A model generated the notes under the pieces. That model had not been told where the DNA came from. It did no database searches and saw only the letters and a program-made list of their open reading frames with translations. A program made the translations under genes and the position numbers. Shown piece after piece: positions 7,287 through 15,768 of a stretch of DNA of 30,108 nucleotides (the first letter of the stretch is position 1; each line of letters begins with the position of its first letter). The stretch covers positions 1-30,108 of the IMG/VR virus record IMGVR_UViG_3300009095_000050, one strand, 5' to 3'. The DNA is from a virus (taxonomy: Duplodnaviria > Caudoviricetes).

Positions 7287-7392
7287 TTCCTCCCGGGGGC
7301 TTTGGCGGTGGCGGGGGTGTGTTGTCTGGTGCTGATGCCGGGGCCGGATCTGTTTTTGGCTTAGGCTTTTTGGTTTTGTCGTTCTTTGCCAT
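7279..7392 (-). CDS. 37-aa Lys/Pro-rich peptide (not in ORF track)
   Basis: MAKNDKTKKPKPKTDPAPASAPDNTPPPPPKPPGGNG*. A-rich upstream context; the stop overlaps the next start by 8 nt. Confidence 0.5.
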   Translation of the reverse strand: MAKNDKTKKPKPKTDPAPASAPDNTPPPPPKPPGGNG

Positions 7393-7555
7393 AAAGTTTG
7401 TTTTTAATCGCCTCAATTTGTTTTAACTGCTCACGGTTCGCCGCTTCCATTTCCCTATTCCGTAAAGTGTGAACTCTCACACGATAAGTTAGGACAGAAA
7501 GCCAAACGACACAGACACAAAAAAAGGCTATCAAAAATTCCACTCCGACAAGCAT
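7361..7555 (-). CDS. Small N-terminal TM protein
   Basis: 64 aa; FLIAFFCVCVVWLSVL TM followed by a charged helix. TAATTTTG (-7-like box) lies 3 nt upstream of the ATG. Confidence 0.5.
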   Translation of the reverse strand: MLVGVEFLIAFFCVCVVWLSVLTYRVRVHTLRNREMEAANREQLKQIEAIKNKLYGKERQNQKA

Positions 7556-7715
7556 TTACAAAATTAGCCCGGGGATTGGTTTCTTTTTGTTCACATTAGC
7601 CTGATTCATGTCATGCGTAACAGATGTAACATATCAGGGTAAAAGTAGTCAAAAAGCCGGGTTATATTCCAGCGTTTAAGGTACAATTAATCGACCAACA
7701 TTTTACCCCTTATTT

Positions 7716-8141
7716 CTAAGGTCGCTTTTCCGCGTTCGTAATCTCGAGCGTGAACTTGTCCGGCATAAAGTCTGTCAGCTTCTTTAGCGTCTTTGCCGTG
7801 TTCAAAATATCCAATACACCATCTGTGTTTATGTCCTGAAGGATTTCACCAGGGAGTATACAGCCTAAAATATGACTTGTGTACGTGCCTGGGTGGAACA
7901 AAATACCGGAACGTCCAGGCACATCCTGAACACGAAAGTACACGTACGCGCGCGTAGAAGAAGGTCCTTCCTTGTGAACTTCGTACCGTCCCTCCGGGAT
8001 GCAGCTTATGTTACGTTCGTTCCCTTTCCACGGCAGTTCAAGCGTTTTACATCGGAACACAACCAAGCCAGTGTCGTCGATCACTTCCAAGTCACCGTAC
8101 GTCGCTTTTGCGCGATACCAGCGTTTCAGTTTTAGTCTCAT
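7716..8141 (-). CDS. DUF5675-like protein, putative endolysin (L,D-peptidase-like His/Cys)
   Basis: TLELPW..N...ISCIPEG.Y, VPGRSGILFHPG and GCILPG motifs; immediately downstream of a holin-like gene. Confidence 0.75.
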   Translation of the reverse strand: MRLKLKRWYRAKATYGDLEVIDDTGLVVFRCKTLELPWKGNERNISCIPEGRYEVHKEGPSSTRAYVYFRVQDVPGRSGILFHPGTYTSHILGCILPGEILQDINTDGVLDILNTAKTLKKLTDFMPDKFTLEITNAEKRP

Positions 8142-8422
8142 TCTACCTTCCCCTTTCCAATCAAATCTTTAATAGGCTTTAAGAAATAATCATATCCTAA
8201 AACAGCGATGCCGAACGAAATAAGAAGCTTCCACCAGCTATCGACCGTCGCGGCGTCATCGAACACGATCTGAACGATAGCTGCGAGTAGCGCGACTGCC
8301 AGCGTGATCCACTTTGGATTGGTCTTCGGTTTGGCTAGTGCTTTGATCAGTTCCACGGCCACGGTTACTGCAATGATGTAGGTTGGGAATGTGAATCTTT
8401 CAAAGAAAACAATAAAATCCAT
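8138..8422 (-). CDS. Putative holin (3 TM)
   Basis: 94 aa with three hydrophobic segments and a basic C-terminus; ATGA-coupled to the lysin. Confidence 0.65.
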   Translation of the reverse strand: MDFIVFFERFTFPTYIIAVTVAVELIKALAKPKTNPKWITLAVALLAAIVQIVFDDAATVDSWWKLLISFGIAVLGYDYFLKPIKDLIGKGKVE

Positions 8423-8432
8423 ATTCGTTAGG

Positions 8433-9278
8433 TTAAGATGGCATTTGATTGAGCGAGGCCTGGATACCGGTTTTCAACCTGGTAACTTCTGCCTGCGCGG
8501 CATTTCGCTGGCTTGTTAGGGTTGAAATTTGCGCCTGTAAAGACGTGATTTGCGCCTGTGCTGCTGTCAACTGCTGCTGAATTTCGTCACAGTTTGTCGC
8601 TGGTGGCGCTGGTGTGGGCTGGGCTAGACTGAGCTCATTTATAACGAACTGTAGCGCCTGATCGTTGGACGTGTTTGCGTTGAAGGCCTTGGTCCATGCT
8701 TCGTAACCAGTGTTCGCGAATGACACAAGCGCCATGCTTCCCGGAAACGAGTTATTATACTTGTTCACCGTATCCTGATGCAGCGAGATTGGGTAACGAG
8801 TATCGTTCACGCCGTGGAAAGCAAGCCCCTTCACAGATGTCCACTTGGATGGGATAGAACCGGTCCGTTCACTGTATCCGGACACCGCGATCACAAGTTT
8901 AATGTCGTCCGCGTCTTTGTTTTCGCTGAGGATGTTGTACATATCGACGGCGCCCCGTCCCAGTCCGACCAACACGATGTTTTTTGGATTGTACCTTTTG
9001 CGCATCGCCGGGATGATTGTATTCAGAATGCCGTGCAGCGTGGTAGTGTTTGTCTGAAGTGCGAAAATGTTAAATGGGTAGTTCTGATTCCGCGCGAACT
9101 TCGGCCACCAGTCAATGGATTCAAGAACATTTAACTGTGACCCGTCTGCCGAGCCTTTCAGTTCCTCCGGGTGCAGCGCAATGACAAGTGTATCCGATCC
9201 TCCTGGAGCAAGATATTCCCTGCCTGTGAAGCTCGACGCAGTGCCGCCGGTGTAGTTTTTGACGTCGTTGATAATCAT
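8433..9278 (-). CDS. Alpha/beta-hydrolase-fold protein, apparently catalytically inactive, with C-terminal coiled coil
   Basis: Paralog of 9275-10030. The nucleophile elbow reads GLGRG (no Ser), FHGVND is retained, the His position reads GYEAW, and a PTPAPP linker precedes Q/A heptads. Confidence 0.7.
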   Translation of the reverse strand: MIINDVKNYTGGTASSFTGREYLAPGGSDTLVIALHPEELKGSADGSQLNVLESIDWWPKFARNQNYPFNIFALQTNTTTLHGILNTIIPAMRKRYNPKNIVLVGLGRGAVDMYNILSENKDADDIKLVIAVSGYSERTGSIPSKWTSVKGLAFHGVNDTRYPISLHQDTVNKYNNSFPGSMALVSFANTGYEAWTKAFNANTSNDQALQFVINELSLAQPTPAPPATNCDEIQQQLTAAQAQITSLQAQISTLTSQRNAAQAEVTRLKTGIQASLNQMPS

Positions 9279-10030
9279 GCGATCAGGGTTTGAAGGTTTG
9301 ATTTAGCTGTCTGGAAGTCTTTCAGCTTCTTGTCCCGCTCGGAGTGTGTGAACATTTCAATAACCTTTTGCGCTGTTCTGTCCTTCGCAATGTTTGTGTT
9401 GAAGGCATACGTCCACGCGTTGTGTGCCCGGTCGATCAGGGTGTTGAACTCTATGCTTCCCCCGGCTTCATTGTACGCATCCACAAATGATTTATGCCCA
9501 GAAAACGCAACGGTAGGATCGGCCGTTCCATGCCATGCGATGCCCGGAAGCTTGACCATGCTGGAAATACTGCTCGTGGATGCCGAACCGCAGATTGCCA
9601 CAAAGCCCTTTAACAATTCCTTGCCGGGGGGATCAATGATAAGCCGGTACGCGCCATAATTGCCCATACTGATACCGCCAACGATTATGTTTTGATAGCC
9701 GTACTCATCCCGCAGGAACGGCAGAATTCGCGGTTTGAGGAAGTCGTAACTCTGTGCGAAGTCACTATGCTTCTTCACCTGCACGGCGATAATATCAAAA
9801 GGGTATTCGATACTTCCTGTAATGGTCGAACCCCACGGGCGTTTGCCGCGCGCGAACCTGGGAAAGCCTTCCAGCTTCTCTACGAGGTCAATCTTTGAAC
9901 CATCAATAGGCCCCTCCTCACCTACACCGTGATACCAAACAACAACGTTTTTGCTGCCGCCAGTGTATCTCATGTAGTTCATCTTTATGCCGTCGCCGAT
10001 GTCCTTTTGTATGTGCTGTGTTATGTTCAT
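9275..10030 (-). CDS. Alpha/beta-hydrolase (esterase/'predicted peptidase'-like) with intact Ser-Asp-His triad
   Basis: WYHGVGEEG oxyanion region, GISMG nucleophile elbow, WHGTADPTV (Asp) and AHNAW (His). Confidence 0.8.
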   Translation of the reverse strand: MNITQHIQKDIGDGIKMNYMRYTGGSKNVVVWYHGVGEEGPIDGSKIDLVEKLEGFPRFARGKRPWGSTITGSIEYPFDIIAVQVKKHSDFAQSYDFLKPRILPFLRDEYGYQNIIVGGISMGNYGAYRLIIDPPGKELLKGFVAICGSASTSSISSMVKLPGIAWHGTADPTVAFSGHKSFVDAYNEAGGSIEFNTLIDRAHNAWTYAFNTNIAKDRTAQKVIEMFTHSERDKKLKDFQTAKSNLQTLIA

Positions 10031-11970
10031 ATTAAAGTATTATTTAGCGCATAATCTTTGGCCGCTTCGAAGAACCTACGTCCTTGTTCAACCATTCCAT
10101 CTGGAGACGTAAAATGAGTGCCATCCGTGAGTGGAATGTCTGCTGTAGAGAAGTAGTGACCTCCTTTATAATAATCAGAATATGCTGGATAATCAGTCAA
10201 GAAGTCATCAACAGCAGCTTGTAGGTCTTGAATAATGTCATCCCTGTAATCACGAGAAGGACTGAACGGATTATCAATTAATGATACAAAAACGTGAGCA
10301 TCAATCTGTTCTGGTTCAATTACACCATCGGCAACTAGTAGGTCAATCTGGTCTAAAATCTGTTTTATAACCTGCTGGAAATCATGCTTGCAATTTGCGT
10401 TACCCACCTGCGCGTCAGCCTCTGCGCCACGCCACAAAAAGCCTTTATAGATAGGGCGGAATCCGTACTTAAATTTGGTGTACTTCACCGCATAGTAAAC
10501 GGCGTTTTTTGCATTGAACAGCATTTCATTCGTAGATGCTGAGTTCCAGTCTTGACCGCTTGGGTCTTCAAACAAAGGCGTTCCTCCGGTAGCATATTTT
10601 GCGAGGAATATGTTTCTACCAATATATTCACTCATCAAGTACGAAAACTCATCATCTGGTCCTAACGCAGTTGTCCCGGCAGTATTCAGTAGACGGGCCT
10701 CAAATTTATACGTACTATTAACAGCACCAGTTCGCATGTTGCCATAATATCCATGCTCACTGCCATACTTCGAAGGAATTGTCCCCACCTGATGGCCAGC
10801 CATGTTAGATTGACCATGCGCAGAATAAATCAATGCATCCCCTCTTATATCCAGGTCCTCAGAACCAGCGAGAAGGTAAGCGTTGATATATGAAAGTTGG
10901 GATGAGTCGGGTATTATATCCAACAACAATACGTGCTTAACAAGACCATCAACCATATAATTTGCTCCGTAGAACATTTGCAGGTCTTGGAAGTGATTAG
11001 ATGTGCTGTTGGGATAGGCATTGTTCGTGCTGCTTATTTCTGTCCCATCACGATACACCTTTAGCGTTGTCCCGTCATAAGTAATTACAAGGGAGTGCAT
11101 CGTACTCAATGTAAAAAAGTTATCCAGCACAACATTTTGAGGCGGCTGCCCACCAACCCCTCTATTGATGGAAACAACCAATGCCATGCTTCGACTCTGA
11201 GCTGCTCGATTGTCATAGTTACACACTATTCCAACGTTGCCTGTACTTGTTGAGGTTGAACATAATTGATAGGTTAAATCAATGCTGTTATATATGCCTA
11301 TCCGCATGGCGATGCAAAATGACGATCCGTCATGCAGGAATTTAAACGTTGTTTTATCAGCAGCCTTCGCATATCCAGCGGACGCGGGGAAATACATCAT
11401 TAACCCATTGAAGCAAGGAACTCCAGAATTCTGCTTTGTTAACGTCATCGCATATGAATCGTTCGTGGTGATGTTTCCGAGTTCACTACCAAATAACCCA
11501 GTTGGATTTTTGCCATCCGATGTCCTGCCGTTTATCCAAAGCCTAAGATTAGAATTGAATACATCAAGAGGACTTGAAAGTTCGTCAGCAGCCAAAAACG
11601 ATCTAGGATTGTTACGTGCTGTTGTAATGATGTATTTTTCACTGCCAGGGTCTCCTGCATACTCAAAAACCCTAACGTAATAAGTTTCCCCAAGACTAAG
11701 ACCAGTTACGTTAAAAGTACTACCCGAGTCGTTATAAACTACGTACCCATCACCAATATCGCTACCAAATCCGAAAATTGGATTAGCTAAATAACTTGTG
11801 CCGTCCGTTGGTAAATCTTCAACCGGCGCGCCTTCACGCATTACTACTAACCTCCTTGTACCAACGCCTTTTGTAAAAGAGATGGTGGCAGTGTTTTCGG
11901 TGACATTCGTAAACACTAGATCGTAGGCCTGTGCAATTTTTTGACTCAACAAAGCATGAAAGAAACTCAT
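10027..11970 (-). CDS. Receptor-binding/tailspike protein: FN3-like + LamG/ConA-like + SGNH sialate-O-acetylesterase (SASA/CE6-like) domain
   Basis: N-terminal VTGLSLGETYYVRVFEY (FN3); HSLVITYDGTTLKVYRDG (LamG); HGQSNMAG, KYATGGT, GFLWRGAEAD and DGTHF (SGNH esterase blocks). Confidence 0.75.
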   Translation of the reverse strand: MSFFHALLSQKIAQAYDLVFTNVTENTATISFTKGVGTRRLVVMREGAPVEDLPTDGTSYLANPIFGFGSDIGDGYVVYNDSGSTFNVTGLSLGETYYVRVFEYAGDPGSEKYIITTARNNPRSFLAADELSSPLDVFNSNLRLWINGRTSDGKNPTGLFGSELGNITTNDSYAMTLTKQNSGVPCFNGLMMYFPASAGYAKAADKTTFKFLHDGSSFCIAMRIGIYNSIDLTYQLCSTSTSTGNVGIVCNYDNRAAQSRSMALVVSINRGVGGQPPQNVVLDNFFTLSTMHSLVITYDGTTLKVYRDGTEISSTNNAYPNSTSNHFQDLQMFYGANYMVDGLVKHVLLLDIIPDSSQLSYINAYLLAGSEDLDIRGDALIYSAHGQSNMAGHQVGTIPSKYGSEHGYYGNMRTGAVNSTYKFEARLLNTAGTTALGPDDEFSYLMSEYIGRNIFLAKYATGGTPLFEDPSGQDWNSASTNEMLFNAKNAVYYAVKYTKFKYGFRPIYKGFLWRGAEADAQVGNANCKHDFQQVIKQILDQIDLLVADGVIEPEQIDAHVFVSLIDNPFSPSRDYRDDIIQDLQAAVDDFLTDYPAYSDYYKGGHYFSTADIPLTDGTHFTSPDGMVEQGRRFFEAAKDYALNNTLI

Positions 11971-12416
11971 TAGCGATCCATGTTTTTAGCGACTACATAA
12001 TAACCCCCTGCGCTTCTTTTCTTTAGTGAAACGACATATTCATCCCCTGAAACGCCAACTAGAGTAAGTACATTGCTGCCCGATGAAACACCATCGCTTA
12101 CACATAATGAACCACTCGGGAATGTCCATTCAGTTTCCGTAGTGTTCAAAGTAAGTTCAATTGTAATGTCATCCCCCGTGTAAGATGATGTGAATGTTAT
12201 TTCAGCTTCATCACTTGTAAGTGTATGACGTGTTGCTGTTAATGCTATAGCCGACCCATCCGTAAGGGCTACCGCTGTGTTTGTGTGATCAGCCTTCGTA
12301 TCATAAAGATCGTTGACAGATTCTTTGACTTCGTTGGCGTCTTCGGCACGCCATTTCTTTTCCGGATCGGAAGGGTCTGCCGATGCACTTTTATCCGAGT
12401 ATGCTATCTTTGCCAT
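11970..12416 (-). CDS. Short tail fibre/adaptor protein
   Basis: N-terminus KIAYSDK...AEDANEVKESVNDL resembles tail-fibre anchor segments; Thr-rich beta C-terminal domain; TAATG-coupled to the RBP. Confidence 0.55.
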   Translation of the reverse strand: MAKIAYSDKSASADPSDPEKKWRAEDANEVKESVNDLYDTKADHTNTAVALTDGSAIALTATRHTLTSDEAEITFTSSYTGDDITIELTLNTTETEWTFPSGSLCVSDGVSSGSNVLTLVGVSGDEYVVSLKKRSAGGYYVVAKNMDR

Positions 12417-12434
12417 TCTTTATTTTTGGTTAGG

Positions 12435-12578
12435 TTACTGATCAAATTCAAAATCAAACTGGTAATCAAATCCATCATTCGGTTCTGGTTCTGGCTCAGG
12501 CGTTGTAATCTTGATACTCGTTCCAAGTTCAAGACACACAACCGACTGTAAAAAATGATCAAGGTTTACTTCAATCAT
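12435..12578 (-). CDS. 47-aa tail-associated peptide with GFDYxxDFEF motif (not in ORF track)
   Basis: MIEVNLDHFLQSVVCLELGTSIKITTPEPEPEPNDGFDYQFDFEFDQ*. ATGA overlap with the upstream stop; fills the intergenic gap. Confidence 0.65.
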   Translation of the reverse strand: MIEVNLDHFLQSVVCLELGTSIKITTPEPEPEPNDGFDYQFDFEFDQ

Positions 12579-12910
12579 ATCACTGTAAACATTTTTATCC
12601 CTGTAATATCGACATGATGAGGGTCTATATCAAACTCCTCATTATCGGCTTGCAAGGTCAACCGCACCCATACGTCGAACCCAGATGCCATTTTCGATGT
12701 CAGCGAAGACGTAATTTCGATTTCGAGTTCGTTGGCTGCGTTGCCTTCCCGTATCTCAGGACTTTCACCAAGTAGGTAAACAGCATGCGTTTTCTTCAAC
12801 TGATTGATTTCAGCCTTCAAGGAAATGAGGTCAGACAGGTTCATCGGTGTTCCGTCCTGCTGCCTGAGCGCTATCCGTACTATCAAATTTTCCCCTTTAT
12901 ATATTCGCAT
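12575..12910 (-). CDS. BppU-N-like baseplate/fibre adaptor protein
   Basis: The IYKGENLIVRIAL..QDGTPMNLS N-terminus and all-beta pattern are typical of these Ig-like adaptors; located in the tail module. Confidence 0.5.
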   Translation of the reverse strand: MRIYKGENLIVRIALRQQDGTPMNLSDLISLKAEINQLKKTHAVYLLGESPEIREGNAANELEIEITSSLTSKMASGFDVWVRLTLQADNEEFDIDPHHVDITGIKMFTVI

Positions 12911-12916
12911 GGCTGT

Positions 12917-13657
12917 TTATTCTGTGAACTCGAAATCCAATTCATAATCAAACCCTTCCGGCGGGGGATCGACTGAGGCACTAAAATTTCCTGACAGCAG
13001 ATAGCCACTGGTGGTTGTATCTGCGTGCAAAACGGGCATATCCGTTTCCGTCGTTCCTATCGTACCGTTCGACTGCGCGTAGTACACCGCCCCGGCAGTA
13101 AGCCCGGAAAGCCCTTGTACGTACCCGTGTATAGCCAACCGGAAGCTGTCAACATTCAAAACCTGTTGAACTATCCCAACGCGAAACTGCGTTGATGGAT
13201 CGCTTACCTTTGCGTACTCACCATCCTCTGTCAACCGGATAACGTCTTTCACCGAAAATCCATGATCCTCCTGTGCAACATTCCTCACGACCAAATCCGT
13301 TGATAGTTCGGCGGTCATGTTTTCGCCTGCAAGCAATTTATATGATGCGAGACTTGCTTTGTTTCCCCCAGGGAAAAAGTATATTGCCCACCCACCCGAT
13401 AGCGATGGGTCCCCCGTAGCGTCGCCCACATATGCGAAGAAGTTCCCGGCCAGATCAGTATTCGTCAACATTCCAGCTATATCAGTATAGCTTTTGACTG
13501 GAGCACTTCCAGCGGCTAAAATCAACGTTGCCAGCGCTTGTAGTGTATTCTTTCCGCCTTGCCCCGTGGCGGAATTGGCCACAAAGAGCAACTGCGACAA
13601 ATCCAGATTTACAAAGGGTATGTTTTCGTTCTGATTTAATTTGCTTGGCCCTGGCAT
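12917..13657 (-). CDS. Minor tail/fibre protein
   Basis: HGFSVKDVIR..., VGIVQQV and GLSGLTAGAVYY beta-rich motif; C-terminal PPPEGFDYELDFEF. Confidence 0.55.
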   Translation of the reverse strand: MPGPSKLNQNENIPFVNLDLSQLLFVANSATGQGGKNTLQALATLILAAGSAPVKSYTDIAGMLTNTDLAGNFFAYVGDATGDPSLSGGWAIYFFPGGNKASLASYKLLAGENMTAELSTDLVVRNVAQEDHGFSVKDVIRLTEDGEYAKVSDPSTQFRVGIVQQVLNVDSFRLAIHGYVQGLSGLTAGAVYYAQSNGTIGTTETDMPVLHADTTTSGYLLSGNFSASVDPPPEGFDYELDFEFTE

Positions 13658-13661
13658 CGCA

Positions 13662-15767
13662 TTAATTCAAATTAATTGTTATCGTATTACCGTTTTGAAC
13701 CCCGTACACAGTAGTATAGTACCACTTCGCCCCATCTGCGGCAGTCACTGGCACTAGCGTTGTGGTTCCCCCAGCACCAATCCGCGTCACGTTCAAAGAA
13801 GCATTACCCCCGCCATTCGGTATTAAGTACACCCATAGTCCAATAGCGCCTAACTGCATGTTACGGCCCATCAAGAACTGGCCAGGCATGACAGGAAATT
13901 CACCTGTAAGAACCATGATGGACGTAGCATTGCTCACTTCCCCGCCAGGAGCGCCTACAAATACTTGAGTGATCAGGTACGTACCAGTATTGTTATTTAT
14001 TGAAAATTGAACGTTAACCTGAGATGGCTGAACCACCGAGACAGATAGTGTATTTGACGGATCGTTAATGTTTACAAGCGTGATAGTACCCGGTCGAGTG
14101 GCTCCGGAGTTGTTGACGCTGAATGTTACATTTATTGACTTACTGCCTGTTTGTATTGCGGCTGGCACTGATATCCATGGTACATTTGATAATGCCTGCC
14201 ATTGCGCGGTCGCATCCGCGGTTACGGATATAGATTGCACCGACAAATTACCATTCGGGAGCAAGAATACTGTAGGGTCAACACTGATAAGGTCACCATA
14301 CTCTGGAACAGGTTCCTCCTCACCGGCCTCCTGCTCAAACGATATTTGAGCCGTAACCCCTGCAATGTCCTCGCTAAACGCCGTTAAAATAGCCGTCTTA
14401 CCGTCCGTGTATAGGTTTTCAGCTACAGTAAACTCTATATAGTCATCGTTCTCAAACTCATTTACGTCCGCAGTAATCCAGTCGGGAAGGGACGTGAACT
14501 TGAATTTGCTTGAACTATTGCTGATGAATTGAGCAACCAATACATCTCCTTCCGCTGGTATTCCTGTAAACGAGGATGGATTAAAGCTTGCGGTAATCTC
14601 AACGTCAATAACTGAAAGGAACTTACGACGGTCGTTTTTCTGCCGCAGGTTTATTTCAAAATTATTCAGATCTGAATCGTCAATGTTTTCGGTGTTCCCG
14701 AAGTCGGCAGGCCTCCACCAGTAGTCATTGATCAGAATTGAATCGTGACCAAATACGACATTCAATTTATCGACCACCCAAGAAGGCTGGTTGTAGGCCT
14801 TAAAAGTGAGTTCGCGATATGCTACCGCCTTGAGCTGCTCCCTGATTCCAAAATCATCATTGTAAACCTCCATTTCCCCGGAGGTTGTCAGCACATTGAA
14901 GTTTGATTTTACCCGTATCACGTTCGTCCAATCGGACAGATACAAATACTCCCAGGTATCGAAGTCCTCAAATTCACCTTCATGGCGATATCCAATAGCC
15001 AGGCTCTTTTGATGGAATTCCTGAACGTCAATCGGCTCGGATGAATAGGAAACGACGGTATTTAAATTTCCTCCCGTTGTCGTAATTCCGAACTCCATAC
15101 GAAGTACAAAAATCCCCTCAAGTGTGGAAAGATCGACCGGCACGGAATACAAATCGGCATCGCGTTCGTTGTATCGGACCTCCACAACGCCATCGACAGG
15201 GGAATTTATCGCGTAATCCTTGTCGGTTAAAAAGCCCTCAGCCTGCAGTTCCGGCACCCAAATAACACTATCAACGAAAGAGAACTGCTCCCCCGTGCCA
15301 CCAACATTGAAACGAACGACACTTCCATTCCCTACCCTGTCCACCAACTGCCCGGGCAATCGTCCTTCGTGATTGGCGGCAATGGTAGGTACTTCAAAAT
15401 CCTCGTCGCTGTACTCGTTCCCGGTGTCGAAGTAAATGAATAGCTTCCCGCCAACGCTGACGAACTTAGCATCTGCCCGGTAATATTTACGGGTGAACTG
15501 TTTGGCTATCGTGGGGTTGTAACTCGCGACAGTGTTCCATGTGAAACAATCTATAACCGAAAGCTTTGAAATAGGGAAATTCGTGTAAAACTGAGGTCGG
15601 AGCGGGTCTTGCTGTTCAAAAGGCTGGTAAAAATCGCGCTCCATCATGCCCATATGTACCGCGTCTGCAAATCGCTGTTGGTCAAAACTAGCCCGGCGAT
15701 CAGTGTTTCTGTCGTCTCTGGTAAACTTGACAGCGTTTGCAACCGGAAATTCAATAATAAATTCCAT
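13662..15767 (-). CDS. Baseplate/tail-tip protein with two BACON-like Ig domains
   Basis: FNPSSF..PAEGD...PDWIT...FTVAEN and ISVDPT...WQALSNVPWISV...VTFSVNNSGATRPGTITL match the BACON pattern. Confidence 0.7.
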   Translation of the reverse strand: MEFIIEFPVANAVKFTRDDRNTDRRASFDQQRFADAVHMGMMERDFYQPFEQQDPLRPQFYTNFPISKLSVIDCFTWNTVASYNPTIAKQFTRKYYRADAKFVSVGGKLFIYFDTGNEYSDEDFEVPTIAANHEGRLPGQLVDRVGNGSVVRFNVGGTGEQFSFVDSVIWVPELQAEGFLTDKDYAINSPVDGVVEVRYNERDADLYSVPVDLSTLEGIFVLRMEFGITTTGGNLNTVVSYSSEPIDVQEFHQKSLAIGYRHEGEFEDFDTWEYLYLSDWTNVIRVKSNFNVLTTSGEMEVYNDDFGIREQLKAVAYRELTFKAYNQPSWVVDKLNVVFGHDSILINDYWWRPADFGNTENIDDSDLNNFEINLRQKNDRRKFLSVIDVEITASFNPSSFTGIPAEGDVLVAQFISNSSSKFKFTSLPDWITADVNEFENDDYIEFTVAENLYTDGKTAILTAFSEDIAGVTAQISFEQEAGEEEPVPEYGDLISVDPTVFLLPNGNLSVQSISVTADATAQWQALSNVPWISVPAAIQTGSKSINVTFSVNNSGATRPGTITLVNINDPSNTLSVSVVQPSQVNVQFSINNNTGTYLITQVFVGAPGGEVSNATSIMVLTGEFPVMPGQFLMGRNMQLGAIGLWVYLIPNGGGNASLNVTRIGAGGTTTLVPVTAADGAKWYYTTVYGVQNGNTITINLN

Positions 15768-15768
15768 C

